NCBI GenBank assembly: GCA_021735445.1
Contig: JAIPHA010000004.1
Location: forward strand, 1,508 to 65,507
Source of the DNA: Candidatus Omnitrophota bacterium
Lineage (GTDB): Bacteria; Omnitrophota; Gorgyraeia; Duberdicusellales; 4484-171
Length of the DNA: 64,000 bases
Direction: 5' to 3'
Within the stretch, counting starts at the first letter, position 1; the number at the start of each line of letters is the position of its first letter. This document shows positions 17,322 to 29,635 of the stretch, piece by piece. The position numbers were made by a program, and so were the translations under genes. The notes beneath the pieces were generated by a model. It was not told the DNA's origin and made no database searches. It saw only the letters and a program-made list of their open reading frames with translations.

Positions 17322-18579
17322 GTTGACTCATAAGTAAATGTTACCGAAATGGTTTTTAAGCATAAAGAGCATTTTTTCTGTTTACACTAAATATTTTCTT
17401 AAGTTTTTTCTCCATAGCACGTCTTAATTGAAAGGGGTTAAGCCCCTTCATTTGTTCTTTGAGATTTCGTTTTGCAGAAGCCGGCACATGTTTGGATTCT
17501 AAAACTCTTCTGTAAGGAGTCTTTGGCTTATCATAACGTTTAACGGTTTTAGAGGCAATCCTTTTTTTGGAAATTAGCTTTACCGAAGGACAGAAGAAGT
17601 TATGATACAGGCGCCACTCGGAAGTATACAAATCATTCATCAAAGGTACAACATTCGGATTATCTAATCGAATATAACCCAGCCATTGCCTTATGTGAGT
17701 CCAATTCTTCTGTTCTATGTGGCAGTTATCCTGTTTCTGGTAAGATCTGCTTCTGGTAAACTGAATAGGCATTTTTCTTTGGGTAAAATGCCTAAACAGA
17801 TGCCAGTTTAGGAATTCACTGCCGTTGTCAGAATCAAAGCCAAGAATCGAAAAAGGCAAGCTGTCTTCAACATCTTTGATTTGTCCTAAAACGCCTCTTT
17901 CGCCTTTGCCCCAGACAGCCCGTTGTTCGCTCCAGCCGGTAGCTATATCTACAAAATCGACTGTATAAGCATACATTCCTTCTAAAGAACCGCCGCAATG
18001 GGCAACAGTATCAGCTTCTAGAAAGCCTGGTTTGTTTTCATTCCATTGTTCGGTCTTAACCGGAATATGTTGCTTGAGCAAAGTGCCGGGTTTAGTAGTA
18101 GCCCTGCCGCGGGTTTTGTATCTAATTTTTATGTTTTCAAGCAGCCGGTCAATGGTAGCAGGAGATATCTTAAATAAAGCTTTGGTTGCCTCTAAGGATA
18201 GAGGGCTGTATTCTTGGGCATAGTGCGGCAGCCATAAAGGCAGCATAGCTTTAAGTAGCTTAGAACAAGGCAGGTTTGCTGCTAGCCAAATACGCTTTAG
18301 AGGCTCTATAACAGAATCTTTATTGTACATAGACGGCCTGCCCCGTTTTTTTGGTTTGGGTTTTGTAAAGCGTTTATAATTATTAAGTAGCCGTATAGCA
18401 TGTTTTCTATGATGGTTGCAATTAATGCAAAACTCATTAAGAATAATAGTTTTTTCTTTTTTAGAAGCTTTTTTATAACGCAAATAAATTTTTTCAAGAT
18501 ATTCCATTTTTGCTCCGGGACTCATAATATACCTCCTTTTCTAGAGGTATATTTTCGGTAACATTAATTATGAGTCAAC
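17322..18579 (-). mobile_element. insertion sequence with rve (DDE) transposase, ISNCY/IS481-like
   Basis: About 27-bp terminal inverted repeats (gttgactcataagtaaatgttaccgaaa at 17322-17349; tttcggtaacattaattatgagtcaac at 18552-18579); extra subterminal copies at about 17264-17290 and 18601-18627. Confidence 0.8.
17356..18525 (-). CDS. DDE transposase/integrase (rve superfamily)
   Basis: 389 aa; N-terminal HTH-like region; catalytic triad context EADTV ... DSDNGSEF ... HIEQKNW. Confidence 0.85.
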   Translation of the reverse strand: MSPGAKMEYLEKIYLRYKKASKKEKTIILNEFCINCNHHRKHAIRLLNNYKRFTKPKPKKRGRPSMYNKDSVIEPLKRIWLAANLPCSKLLKAMLPLWLPHYAQEYSPLSLEATKALFKISPATIDRLLENIKIRYKTRGRATTKPGTLLKQHIPVKTEQWNENKPGFLEADTVAHCGGSLEGMYAYTVDFVDIATGWSEQRAVWGKGERGVLGQIKDVEDSLPFSILGFDSDNGSEFLNWHLFRHFTQRKMPIQFTRSRSYQKQDNCHIEQKNWTHIRQWLGYIRLDNPNVVPLMNDLYTSEWRLYHNFFCPSVKLISKKRIASKTVKRYDKPKTPYRRVLESKHVPASAKRNLKEQMKGLNPFQLRRAMEKKLKKIFSVNRKNALYA

Positions 18580-18643
18580 GAAACAATTGAGAATTAATTT
18601 GAGTAACATTTAATATGAGTCAATTCGGGGTAAGTAAAAAAAG

Positions 18644-18672
18644 TTGCAAAGATATTTTATTGAGGTATAATT
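18644..18672 (+). promoter_or_regulatory. putative dnaA promoter
   Basis: TTGCAA (18644-18649), 17 nt spacer, TATAAT (18667-18672). Confidence 0.45.
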
Positions 18673-18707
18673 TGTTACTCTTAAACACAATTAACCTTCC
18701 GCAAAAT

Positions 18708-18716
18708 GTGAATAAC
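18708..18716 (-). promoter_or_regulatory. DnaA box (TTATTCACA)
   Basis: Fits TTATNCACA on the complement; one-mismatch box TTAAACACA at 18682-18690. Confidence 0.5.
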
Positions 18717-18739
18717 TTGTTAACTTTGTGAAAACAAAC

Positions 18740-20074
18740 ATGAAAAAAGATATTTGGGAAAGTTGTAAAAAGAAGCTTAAAGAGCGGTTGGGAGAAACCT
18801 CTTTTGATACTTGGATATCGCCCTTACAATTAAAAGAAGTTTCGCGAGACCGTTTGATCCTAGAAGCTCCTGATAGCTTTTTTAAAAGTTGGGTAGAAAG
18901 CAACTATCTTTCTTCTCTGGAAGAAGTTTCCCAAGAAGCGTCGGGAAAAAAAATAACAATAGAATTCAGAGTTAACCCTGGAATTCTTAAGAGTAAAACC
19001 ACAAAGATTTTTCGCTCTTTTAATAAAAGTTTTGGAGAAAAAAGCCAAACATCTTTGCGCCTTAACCCTCGTTTTACCTTTGATAATTTTGTGGTGGGGT
19101 CCTCAAACCGGATGGCTCATGCCGCATCTTTAGCTGTATCTAAAGCCCCGGGTAAATCATACAACCCTATTTTTATTTATGGAGGGGTTGGGTTGGGAAA
19201 AACCCACCTAATGCAGGCTATTTCTAACCATCTGCTCGCTCAAAACTCTCAAACGAGAGTGAAATATATTTCTTCCGAAAGCTTCGCTAATGACTTAATC
19301 CTTTCTATCCGGCAAAGAAACACCGATAAATTCAGGAAAAAATACAGGGAGATAGATATTTTGTTGATTGATGATATCCAGTTTTTGTCGGGTAAAGAAG
19401 CTTCTCAAGAAGAGTTTTTTCATACCTTTAATGTTTTATATGACCATCATAAACAAATTGTTGTCTCCTCAGACCGCCCTCCAAAGGAAATTCCTGATTT
19501 AGAAGAACGGTTAGTCTCCCGATTTAATTGGGGTTTAGTGGTTGATATCCAGCCTCCGGATTACGAAACCCGGGTGGCAATTCTAGAAAAAAAGCTGGAA
19601 AACGAAGCGGTAAAAGTAGAACCGGAGGTTATTCGTTTCATTGCAGAAAATATTTCATCTAACATTCGTGAGTTGGAAGGGGCTTTAGTGAGAATCATAG
19701 CTTATTCATTAATAGAAAATAAAACAATAACTGTTGATTTAGCTAAAGGGATTTTGAAAGATATGGTTAAAGAAATCGGCGCGAGGGTCACCCCGGAGGT
19801 TATTTTAACTAAGGTTAGTAATTTCTTTGGGGTTGAGAAAGAAGACTTAAAAAAAAACAAGAGAAGCAAAACTTTAGTTTTGCCGCGTCAGGTAGCAATG
19901 TATTTAACCCGGGAATTAACCGAGAATTCGCTTCCGGAAATAGGTAGTTTTTTCGGGGGAAAGCACCATACTAATATTTTATACGCTTGCAAAAAAATTA
20001 AGAATGTTTTATCCAAAGATGATAAGTTAAAAACAACCGTTAACAGCCTTACACAGGAAATTAAAAACTTATGA
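18740..20074 (+). CDS. dnaA: chromosomal replication initiator DnaA
   Basis: AAA+ Walker A GGVGLGKTHL, C-terminal DNA-binding domain; ATG at 18740 preferred over GTG at 18728 (uncertain). Confidence 0.93.
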   Translation: MKKDIWESCKKKLKERLGETSFDTWISPLQLKEVSRDRLILEAPDSFFKSWVESNYLSSLEEVSQEASGKKITIEFRVNPGILKSKTTKIFRSFNKSFGEKSQTSLRLNPRFTFDNFVVGSSNRMAHAASLAVSKAPGKSYNPIFIYGGVGLGKTHLMQAISNHLLAQNSQTRVKYISSESFANDLILSIRQRNTDKFRKKYREIDILLIDDIQFLSGKEASQEEFFHTFNVLYDHHKQIVVSSDRPPKEIPDLEERLVSRFNWGLVVDIQPPDYETRVAILEKKLENEAVKVEPEVIRFIAENISSNIRELEGALVRIIAYSLIENKTITVDLAKGILKDMVKEIGARVTPEVILTKVSNFFGVEKEDLKKNKRSKTLVLPRQVAMYLTRELTENSLPEIGSFFGGKHHTNILYACKKIKNVLSKDDKLKTTVNSLTQEIKNL

Positions 20075-20170
20075 TAACTTTTTTTCTTTGTTTTAATCTT
20101 CTTTTTTTAATTATGCATTGTTTAAAAACAAAAGTTAACAGTTTTAACAAGCCCTACTTATACTAATACT

Positions 20171-21268
20171 ATGAATTTAATCATTGATAGAAGAGATTTA
20201 GTAGAAAGCTTGAAAAGTGTGATTGGCCCAACCACAACCAAACAAGATTTTCTTGCCTTAGGCAGTGTCTTGATTACCGCAGAAAAAGACCAAGTAAAGT
20301 TTATAACTACTGACCTGGATTTAACCATAACCACACAAACCAAAGGAGATATAAAATCCGCCGGTAAAGTGCTGGTGCCGATGCGCAGGTTTATTTCTAT
20401 TGCCAGAGAGCTTCCCGATGCTAAAATAAGTTTAGAAAAAGCTAAGAATATTCTTTTAATAAGATGTGAAAATGTTGAGTTTAAAATAAACACACTGAAA
20501 GAAGAAGAGTTTCCCAGGATTCAAGAAAAGAAAGAAGCAGTAACTGTAAAAATGCTCCCGGAAGTTATCGAGGAAATGATCAGATTAACCTCTTTTTGCG
20601 CCGGGTACGAAGATGTTAATTATGTTTTAAGCGGAGTGTTGTTTGAGATCGAAGGCAGCAAAATAAAACTAGTTGCCACCGATGGGAAAAGGCTTTCTTG
20701 CGTCACCAGGGAGTTTCCCGACAACCAAGCCGAAGTGGAGGAAAAGATAGATTTCATTCTGCCTAATAAGGCAGTGGGGGAGATAGCAAGGATAACCAAA
20801 GAAAAACAAAATCCGTTTTATTTATCGTTTTCAAAAAAGAATATCGAGTTTGATTTTAAAGAAACAAAAATTATTGCCCGGTTAATCGAAGGTGAATTCC
20901 CCAACTACTCACAATATATACCCAAACAGAGAGGGAACCAATTAAAAGTAAACAAAAATAATTTTATGGCTTCTTTAAGGAGGGTTGGTTTACTGACCAC
21001 AACAGAATACCAAGGGGTAAAGCTAAACCTAAAGAAAAATAAAATGGTTGTTTATAAAACAACGCCTCAACTAGGGGAAGCAAAAGAAGAGATAAACACA
21101 AAATACCAGGGGCCGGGGCTGGATGTAGAATTTAACCCGAACTATTTTATCGACGTTTTAAAGCAAATAAACGACCAGGAAATCACAATTGATTTTTTCG
21201 GCTCGGAAAAACCGGCAGTCATTAAAAGAGAAAACCACACTTATTTGCTTCTACCAATGAAAACATAA
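20171..21268 (+). CDS. dnaN: DNA polymerase III beta sliding clamp
   Basis: 365 aa; dnaA-dnaN synteny; typical ...YLLLPMK C-terminus. Confidence 0.92.
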   Translation: MNLIIDRRDLVESLKSVIGPTTTKQDFLALGSVLITAEKDQVKFITTDLDLTITTQTKGDIKSAGKVLVPMRRFISIARELPDAKISLEKAKNILLIRCENVEFKINTLKEEEFPRIQEKKEAVTVKMLPEVIEEMIRLTSFCAGYEDVNYVLSGVLFEIEGSKIKLVATDGKRLSCVTREFPDNQAEVEEKIDFILPNKAVGEIARITKEKQNPFYLSFSKKNIEFDFKETKIIARLIEGEFPNYSQYIPKQRGNQLKVNKNNFMASLRRVGLLTTTEYQGVKLNLKKNKMVVYKTTPQLGEAKEEINTKYQGPGLDVEFNPNYFIDVLKQINDQEITIDFFGSEKPAVIKRENHTYLLLPMKT

Positions 21269-21271
21269 AAA

Positions 21272-21547
21272 ATGACAGAACATATAAAAACAATAGTTGA
21301 GAGGTATGTAAAAAAAGGACAAGAGAAAAACAAGCAATATAAAGAAATAAAAAATATCCTTAAAGAAGAGCTAAGAGAACAGGTGTTAGAAAAGGTTAAG
21401 ATAGAGTCAACAAACAGCAAAGAGGTGGTATTTTTTCTAAATTCGTCAAGCGCTGTTTACGAGTTTAAGCTTCAAGAGGGAAAAATAAAAAATAAAATAA
21501 AAGAAAAACTTCCAGAGATAAAAAAAATAAAAACAAAGGTAGAGTAA
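21272..21547 (+). CDS. DUF721/DciA-like small protein
   Basis: 91 aa; pattern EVVFFLNSSSAVYEFKLQEGKIKNKIKEKLPEIKKIKTKV resembles DUF721; sits where recF/DUF721 usually lie. Confidence 0.45.
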   Translation: MTEHIKTIVERYVKKGQEKNKQYKEIKNILKEELREQVLEKVKIESTNSKEVVFFLNSSSAVYEFKLQEGKIKNKIKEKLPEIKKIKTKVE

Positions 21548-23902
<2,355 letters not shown>

Positions 23903-23923
23903 AAATAGAAGATAGATTGTATT

Positions 23924-26365
23924 ATGCAAAAAAACTATAAAGAAAAAATTATAACCCGGTTTTTAGAAGAGGAAATGAAGGAGTCATACCTCTCTTATGC
24001 GATGAGCGTTATCGTGGGGAGGGCTTTACCGGATATAAGAGATGGGCTTAAGCCGGTGCAAAGGCGGATTCTTTATGCTATGGAGGGTCTGCATCTACGT
24101 TACAATCAATCTTATAAAAAAAGCGCTCGGGTAGTGGGAGAGGTGTTAGGAAAGTATCATCCTCATGGCGATTCAGCAGTTTATGACGCGCTGGTGAGAA
24201 TGGCTCAGGATTTTTCTCTGCGTTATCCTTTAATTGACGGCCAAGGCAATTTTGGCTCGATTGACGGGGATCCGGCCGCAGCTATGCGCTACTCCGAATG
24301 CCGTATGTCCAGGCCCTCAGACTATATATTACAAGATATAGAAAAAGACACGGTGAAATTTTTCCCTAATTTCGATAATTCTCTCAAAGAACCGGAAGTG
24401 CTCCCTTCAGTTTTACCTAATCTTATTTGCAACGGAGCCAGCGGTATTGCTGTAGGGATGTCGACTAACATCCCCCCTCACAATTTAGGCGAGGTTTGTG
24501 ATGCGCTTATGTACCTAATAGACAACCCACAGGCTTCAGTTAAAAAACTCCATAAATACATAAAGGGCCCTGATTTTCCTACCGGGGGGATTATTTGCGG
24601 CAAAACAGATATTCTAAATATTTATAAAAGCGGGCGGGGAAAACTTACTGTAAGAGCCCGGGCTGCTGTTGAAAAGGAAAAAAACAGAGAGTATATCGTG
24701 ATTACCGAAATACCCTATCAATTGAATAAAACCACTCTTTTAGAACAAATAGCCAATATTATAAATAAAGGAAAAATAGAAGGAGTGTCGGATTTACGAG
24801 ATGAATCGGATCGAGACGGGATAAGGGTTGTAATTGAATTAAAAAGAGCAGCGCAAGCCGAGATAATTTTAAATCAACTCTATAAGCATACCAGCATGGA
24901 AACGACTTTCGGGGCAATATTTTTGGCTTTGGTTAACCGGACTCCCCAGCTGCTTGGCTTAAAAGAGATGCTGGCTCACCATATAAGTTTTAGAAAAGAG
25001 GTTATTGTCCGGCGCACCAAATTTCTTCTGAAAAAAGCAGAAAGAAGAGCCCATATTTTAGAGGGGCTGAAGATAGCTTTAGAAAATTTAGATAGGATAA
25101 TCCAAATAATTAAAAAAGCTAAAGACCCGGCTGCGGCCGAAAAGACTCTAATAAAAGAATTTAAATTAACCCATTTGCAGGCGCAAGCTATTTTACAGAT
25201 GCAGCTGCAAAGATTGTGCGCGTTAGAAAGGAAAAAAATAGAACAAGAATATGAAGAGCTGCTAAAAAAAATCGAACAATTAAAAAGTATTCTTGTTTCA
25301 GAAAAAAAACAGGAAAGCCTGATTAAGGAAGAACTAAAAGAAATAAAAGAAAAATTTTCCGATCCACGCCGCACAGATATCGTCGCGGAAAAAGAGGAAA
25401 TAGAAGTAGAAGACTTAATAGTCGAAGAAGAAATGGTAATTGCCATCAGCCGGCTGGGTTATATAAAAAGAATGCCCCTTACTACCTATCGCCACCAAAA
25501 AAGAGGCGGTAGGGGGGTTACTGCTATGGCGACAGGGGATACTGATTTTGTCCAGCATCTTTTTGTAGCTTCAAGCAAAGACACTCTTTTAATTTTTACC
25601 GATGAGGGGAAGGCTTATCCCCTTAAGACTTATGAGGTGCCCCAAGGTTCCAGGACTTCTAAAGGAAGAGCAATCGTTAACGTTTTAAGATTAGACAATA
25701 ATGTCCAAACTACTGCTGTTTTGGCAGTAAAGGAGTTTGAATCAAATTCCTTTATTATTATGGCTACCCAGCAGGGTATGGTAAAAAGATGTTCTTTAAA
25801 GCTGTTTGCCAACGCGCGCAAAAGCGGTATTATTGCCATAACTTTAAAAAAAGAAGACAGGCTTATTGGAGTACAACTTTCAACCGAACAGGAAGATATA
25901 GTGCTTGCGACTAAAAAAGGGCATTCAATTCGTTTTGGAGTTAAACAAGCCAGGGCTACCGGCAGGCAATCACAAGGCGTTCGCGGGATTAAGCTTGCAA
26001 AAACAGATATCGTCTTGGGGATGGAAGTCATTGAACCAAGTTTAAAAAAAGAAGATTTATTTCTCCTTACTGCAACCGAAAAAGGATTTGCCAAAAGAAC
26101 TCAAACTAAGGAATATCGAAGCCAATCCCGGGGAGGCAAGGGAATAATTAATATAAAACTTGCTTCTAAAGTGGGCGAGGTAAAGGGGATTCTTTTGGTT
26201 GAGAGCCAGGATGAAGTAATGTATATTACCGAAAAAGGAATTTTGATTAGAACTAAAGTAAAAGATATCCGTACTTCCGGGCGTTCCACCCAAGGGGTTA
26301 AGGTTATAAACCTGGGTAAAGGGGATAAACTTGCCGCCATAGCCCATGTTGTTTCGGACGGATAA
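23924..26365 (+). CDS. gyrA: DNA gyrase subunit A
   Basis: 813 aa; AAMRYSE active-site Tyr region, GyrA box-like QRRGGRG, beta-pinwheel C-terminal domain. Confidence 0.95.
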   Translation: MQKNYKEKIITRFLEEEMKESYLSYAMSVIVGRALPDIRDGLKPVQRRILYAMEGLHLRYNQSYKKSARVVGEVLGKYHPHGDSAVYDALVRMAQDFSLRYPLIDGQGNFGSIDGDPAAAMRYSECRMSRPSDYILQDIEKDTVKFFPNFDNSLKEPEVLPSVLPNLICNGASGIAVGMSTNIPPHNLGEVCDALMYLIDNPQASVKKLHKYIKGPDFPTGGIICGKTDILNIYKSGRGKLTVRARAAVEKEKNREYIVITEIPYQLNKTTLLEQIANIINKGKIEGVSDLRDESDRDGIRVVIELKRAAQAEIILNQLYKHTSMETTFGAIFLALVNRTPQLLGLKEMLAHHISFRKEVIVRRTKFLLKKAERRAHILEGLKIALENLDRIIQIIKKAKDPAAAEKTLIKEFKLTHLQAQAILQMQLQRLCALERKKIEQEYEELLKKIEQLKSILVSEKKQESLIKEELKEIKEKFSDPRRTDIVAEKEEIEVEDLIVEEEMVIAISRLGYIKRMPLTTYRHQKRGGRGVTAMATGDTDFVQHLFVASSKDTLLIFTDEGKAYPLKTYEVPQGSRTSKGRAIVNVLRLDNNVQTTAVLAVKEFESNSFIIMATQQGMVKRCSLKLFANARKSGIIAITLKKEDRLIGVQLSTEQEDIVLATKKGHSIRFGVKQARATGRQSQGVRGIKLAKTDIVLGMEVIEPSLKKEDLFLLTATEKGFAKRTQTKEYRSQSRGGKGIINIKLASKVGEVKGILLVESQDEVMYITEKGILIRTKVKDIRTSGRSTQGVKVINLGKGDKLAAIAHVVSDG

Positions 26366-26415
26366 TTTTGTTGACAAATTTTTTTAAAAACTTAAAATTA
26401 ACTAGTTTTAAAAAT

Positions 26416-26490
26416 GTCCCCATCGTCTAGCCTGGTCTAGGACACGGGCCTTTCGAGCCTGCGGCGCCGGTTCAAATCCGGCTGGGGACG
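26416..26490 (+). tRNA. tRNA-Glu(TTC)
   Basis: GTCCCCATCGTCTAGCCTGG..., anticodon loop CTTTCGA, T-loop TTCAAAT. Confidence 0.88.
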
Positions 26491-26535
26491 TTAGTTTTTA
26501 TTTTTACCAACAATACTATCGGATGCAACCTTTCC

Positions 26536-26991
26536 ATGCAGAATGAAAAAACAAAGAAACTCCCCAAAGGTATTGTAGTTTTAGGGGTATTGATTATTAT
26601 TTTGGGAGTAGTTTCTTTGATTAATCACATTAATTTAGATTATTACCGCTATCGGGATTCTTTGGAAAAAATCGGCCAGGGAGAAATCAGCTCTCAGATT
26701 AGTCAAAGCCAGGTTAAAACTATCAATACTATTTCTTTGATTTTTTCCGGATTTCTCTTATTTGCGGGCGTTGGAATTCTCTACCACAAAGAAAAAGCCA
26801 GAAAAGCCTTAGTCTACTTTTCAGCAGTGATAGTTATTGCTTTTCTTTTAGCAGCCGCAATCCACCCAAGCTCAATCGTTTTTTTATTTCCTCAATTTTT
26901 GTTGTTTTCGATAGTTATCCTTTATTTTACTAATAAAGATGTAAAAAAAATTTTTGCAGAGAAAAGGAAAGGCAAAAATAGCAATCAATAA
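26536..26991 (+). CDS. hypothetical membrane protein (4 predicted TM helices)
   Basis: 151-aa ORF; hydrophobic segments; its stop overlaps the glmS start. Confidence 0.5.
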   Translation: MQNEKTKKLPKGIVVLGVLIIILGVVSLINHINLDYYRYRDSLEKIGQGEISSQISQSQVKTINTISLIFSGFLLFAGVGILYHKEKARKALVYFSAVIVIAFLLAAAIHPSSIVFLFPQFLLFSIVILYFTNKDVKKIFAEKRKGKNSNQ

Positions 26992-28820
26992 TGTGTGGTA
27001 TTTTTGGATATAAAGGGAAAAAGGTTAAACTGTCCTGCCTTCTTGACGGGCTACAAAGATTAGAATATCGGGGATATGATTCTTGCGGAGTCGCAGCTTA
27101 TAATGCAGGCAATTTTTTGTGCAAAAAAAACTCAGGGAAAATCACTCAGTTAAAAACTAACCTTAAGGCTAATTTAGGCAACCAATATTCTTTGGCCCTA
27201 CTTCACACTCGCTGGGCCACTCACGGCCAACCGACCAAGGCAAATGCCCATCCTCACAAAAGCTTTAAAAAAAATATTTATATGGTGCATAATGGAATTA
27301 TCGAAAACTATCTTGATTTAAAAAATAAATTAAAAGGAAAAGGCTATAAATTTAAAAGCGACACAGATTCGGAAGTAGCGGTAAATCTGATTGCCAGCCA
27401 TTACAGGGGATCGATAGAAAAAGCGGTTTTTTCCGCAGTAAAAGAGTTGAAAGGTTCTTTTGCTTTGGCGGTTTTTTCCGAATCCGAGCCGGATAAAGTG
27501 GTGGGCGTCCGCAATAAAAGCCCGCTTCTTGTTGGAGTTTCACCCCAAGGTTATTTTCTTGCTTCCGATTTACCGGCTATAGTGCCTTTAGCTAAGGAAG
27601 CGGTTTACTTAAAAGAAAAACAAGTAGTTGTTTTGGATTCAAACAAGATAAATATTTATGATTTTCAGCAAAAAAAGGTAAAAGTTAATAAAGAAAAAAT
27701 AAAGATAAAAAACGAAGAAGCTAAAAAGAAAGGGTTTAAGCATTTTATGTTGAAAGAGATTTATCAACAACCGAAAGTGCTGCAGGATGCTCTGAATATT
27801 TACACCAAGAAAAATCAAATTAATTTTAATCAGCTTAAATTAAGCAAGAGTTATCTAAAAGGAATAAAAAATATTTTTATTACTGCTTGCGGCACAGCTT
27901 TTCATGCGGCTTGTGTGGCTAAATATTTTTTGGAGCGGCATACCAAAATTAAAATTGAGGTCGATACTTCTTCTGAGTTTCGTTACCGGGATTTTAATGT
28001 CGATAAAGGAGATTTATTTATTGCTATTTCTCAATCAGGAGAAACGGCGGATACTTTGGCTGCCTTGAAGAAGGCAAAAAAGCAAAAGGCAAAAGTGTTG
28101 TCAATTTGCAATGTTTTAGGGTCAAGCTTAGTCAGAGAAAGTGATAGTTTTATCTATACCCCCGCCGGCCCGGAAATTGGCGTTGCTTCAACCAAGGCTT
28201 ACACTGCTCAATTGTTCTGCCTTTATCTGTTCTCTTTATATTTAGCCACCATCAAAGGAACTGTATCCGGGCGGGAAAAAAATAAAATGTTAGAAGAGTT
28301 ATCCCGGGTTCCTTTCCATCAAAGAAAAATCTTAAAACAAACCAGAAAAATTTCGGCTATTGCTAAAAAATTTTCAAAAATGGGCTGTTTTCTTTTTTTA
28401 GGAAGAGGTATAAATTTTCCTTCGGCCTTAGAAGGAGCCCTTAAGCTAAAGGAAATTTCTTATATACCCGCAGAAGGGTATCCGGCCGGAGAGATGAAGC
28501 ATGGCCCGATTGCGTTAATTGATGAGTACCGGGCAGTGGTTTGTATCGCTCCGATGGATTCTCTGCATGAAAAGATGACGTCCAATCTTCAGGAGATAAA
28601 AGCCCGCAAGGGCAAAATTTTGGCGATAATCAATCCGGCTGATAAAGCAATCCTATCTTTTGCCGATCAAGCGGTCTATATTCCCAAGTTAAAATTTCAA
28701 GAATTCTCTCCTTTGCTTGTAGCGGTGGCTCTCCAGCTTTTTGCTTACTCAGTCGCAAAAAATTTAGGAGCAGAGATAGATCAACCGCGTAACTTGGCAA
28801 AATCGGTAACAGTCGAATAA
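26991..28820 (+). CDS. glmS: glutamine--fructose-6-phosphate aminotransferase
   Basis: MCGIFGY N-terminal nucleophile; two SIS domains; C-terminal ...KSVTVE. Confidence 0.95.
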   Translation: MCGIFGYKGKKVKLSCLLDGLQRLEYRGYDSCGVAAYNAGNFLCKKNSGKITQLKTNLKANLGNQYSLALLHTRWATHGQPTKANAHPHKSFKKNIYMVHNGIIENYLDLKNKLKGKGYKFKSDTDSEVAVNLIASHYRGSIEKAVFSAVKELKGSFALAVFSESEPDKVVGVRNKSPLLVGVSPQGYFLASDLPAIVPLAKEAVYLKEKQVVVLDSNKINIYDFQQKKVKVNKEKIKIKNEEAKKKGFKHFMLKEIYQQPKVLQDALNIYTKKNQINFNQLKLSKSYLKGIKNIFITACGTAFHAACVAKYFLERHTKIKIEVDTSSEFRYRDFNVDKGDLFIAISQSGETADTLAALKKAKKQKAKVLSICNVLGSSLVRESDSFIYTPAGPEIGVASTKAYTAQLFCLYLFSLYLATIKGTVSGREKNKMLEELSRVPFHQRKILKQTRKISAIAKKFSKMGCFLFLGRGINFPSALEGALKLKEISYIPAEGYPAGEMKHGPIALIDEYRAVVCIAPMDSLHEKMTSNLQEIKARKGKILAIINPADKAILSFADQAVYIPKLKFQEFSPLLVAVALQLFAYSVAKNLGAEIDQPRNLAKSVTVE

Positions 28821-28824
28821 AAGG

Positions 28825-28852
28825 ATAGAAAATAGAAAATAGAAGATAGAAA
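28825..28852. repeat. heptanucleotide tandem array (ATAGAAA/ATAGAAG, 4 units)
   Basis: atagaaa atagaaa atagaag atagaaa immediately after the glmS stop. Confidence 0.85.
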
Positions 28853-28912
28853 CGATCAAAATAAATATTTAACCCAACCCCTACCTTCTATTATCTAACA
28901 TCTTTTAATAAT

Positions 28913-29572
28913 ATGTTGTATATAGTTGCCACTCCTATTGGGAATCGAGAAGATATAACCTTGCGGGCTTTAGGCGTTTTAGGAAAGGTTGATTTTATAT
29001 TAGCCGAAGATACGCGCAAAACGGGAGCTTTGTTAAAACATTTTAATATAAAAAACAAATTGGTAAGTTTTTATGACCACAACGAAGATAAAAAAACCAT
29101 TCCAGTTTTAAATGAATTAAGAAAAGGCAAAGAAATAGCTCTGGTTTCAAGCGCCGGTACTCCTACTATCTCTGATCCCGGCTTTAAACTTATCCGCCGC
29201 TGCAGAGAAGAAAAGATTGAAGTTACCTCCTTGCCGGGAGCTTCCAGTTTGATTACAGCGCTTTCGCTAAGCGGGATAAGTTCAGATAAGTTTACTTTTT
29301 TCGGTTATTTGCCCAGAAAAAAAGGAGCCCGGCTCAAACTTATTTCTCAAATGCCAAACTGTCCGGGAAGCAGTGTTTTTCTTGAGTCGCCCTATCGCAT
29401 TCTTCGTACTCTGGAAGAACTGGAAAAAACTTTAGGAGACAAAAAAATAACAGTTTGCCGTGAATTAACTAAAAAGTTCGAAGAGGTTTTTGAAGCGAAC
29501 CTAAACGAAGCAGTTGAGCATTTCAGGAAAAAGAAACCAAGGGGAGAGTTTACTCTCGTTTTAGGAAAATAA
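28913..29572 (+). CDS. rsmI: 16S rRNA (cytidine1402-2'-O)-methyltransferase
   Basis: LYIVATPIGNREDITLRAL; tetrapyrrole-methylase fold. Confidence 0.88.
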   Translation: MLYIVATPIGNREDITLRALGVLGKVDFILAEDTRKTGALLKHFNIKNKLVSFYDHNEDKKTIPVLNELRKGKEIALVSSAGTPTISDPGFKLIRRCREEKIEVTSLPGASSLITALSLSGISSDKFTFFGYLPRKKGARLKLISQMPNCPGSSVFLESPYRILRTLEELEKTLGDKKITVCRELTKKFEEVFEANLNEAVEHFRKKKPRGEFTLVLGK

Positions 29573-29599
29573 TCATTCCCTAAGAGGACGTTTTTATCC

Positions 29600-29628
29600 T
29601 TGACAGGCAAGGAGAGAGATAATAGTAT
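29600..29628 (+). promoter_or_regulatory. putative pyr operon promoter
   Basis: TTGACA (29600-29605), 17 nt spacer, TAGTAT (29623-29628). Confidence 0.45.
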
Positions 29629-29635
29629 TAAATAA

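Noticed and set aside
18691-18903. 70-aa minus-strand ORF overlapping the dnaA start, and a 63-aa ORF at 18306-18497 inside the transposase
   Set aside because: They overlap better-supported genes and have no motifs. They are likely spurious.
20075-20170. dnaA-dnaN spacer as oriC
   Set aside because: It is AT-rich, but I could not find any TTATNCACA-like box in it. This is reported only as an open question.
24976-26377. Four minus-strand ORFs (156, 154, 106 and 79 aa) opposite gyrA
   Set aside because: They are antisense to the conserved gyrA frame. They have no motifs and a Ser/Phe/Ile-rich shadow composition.
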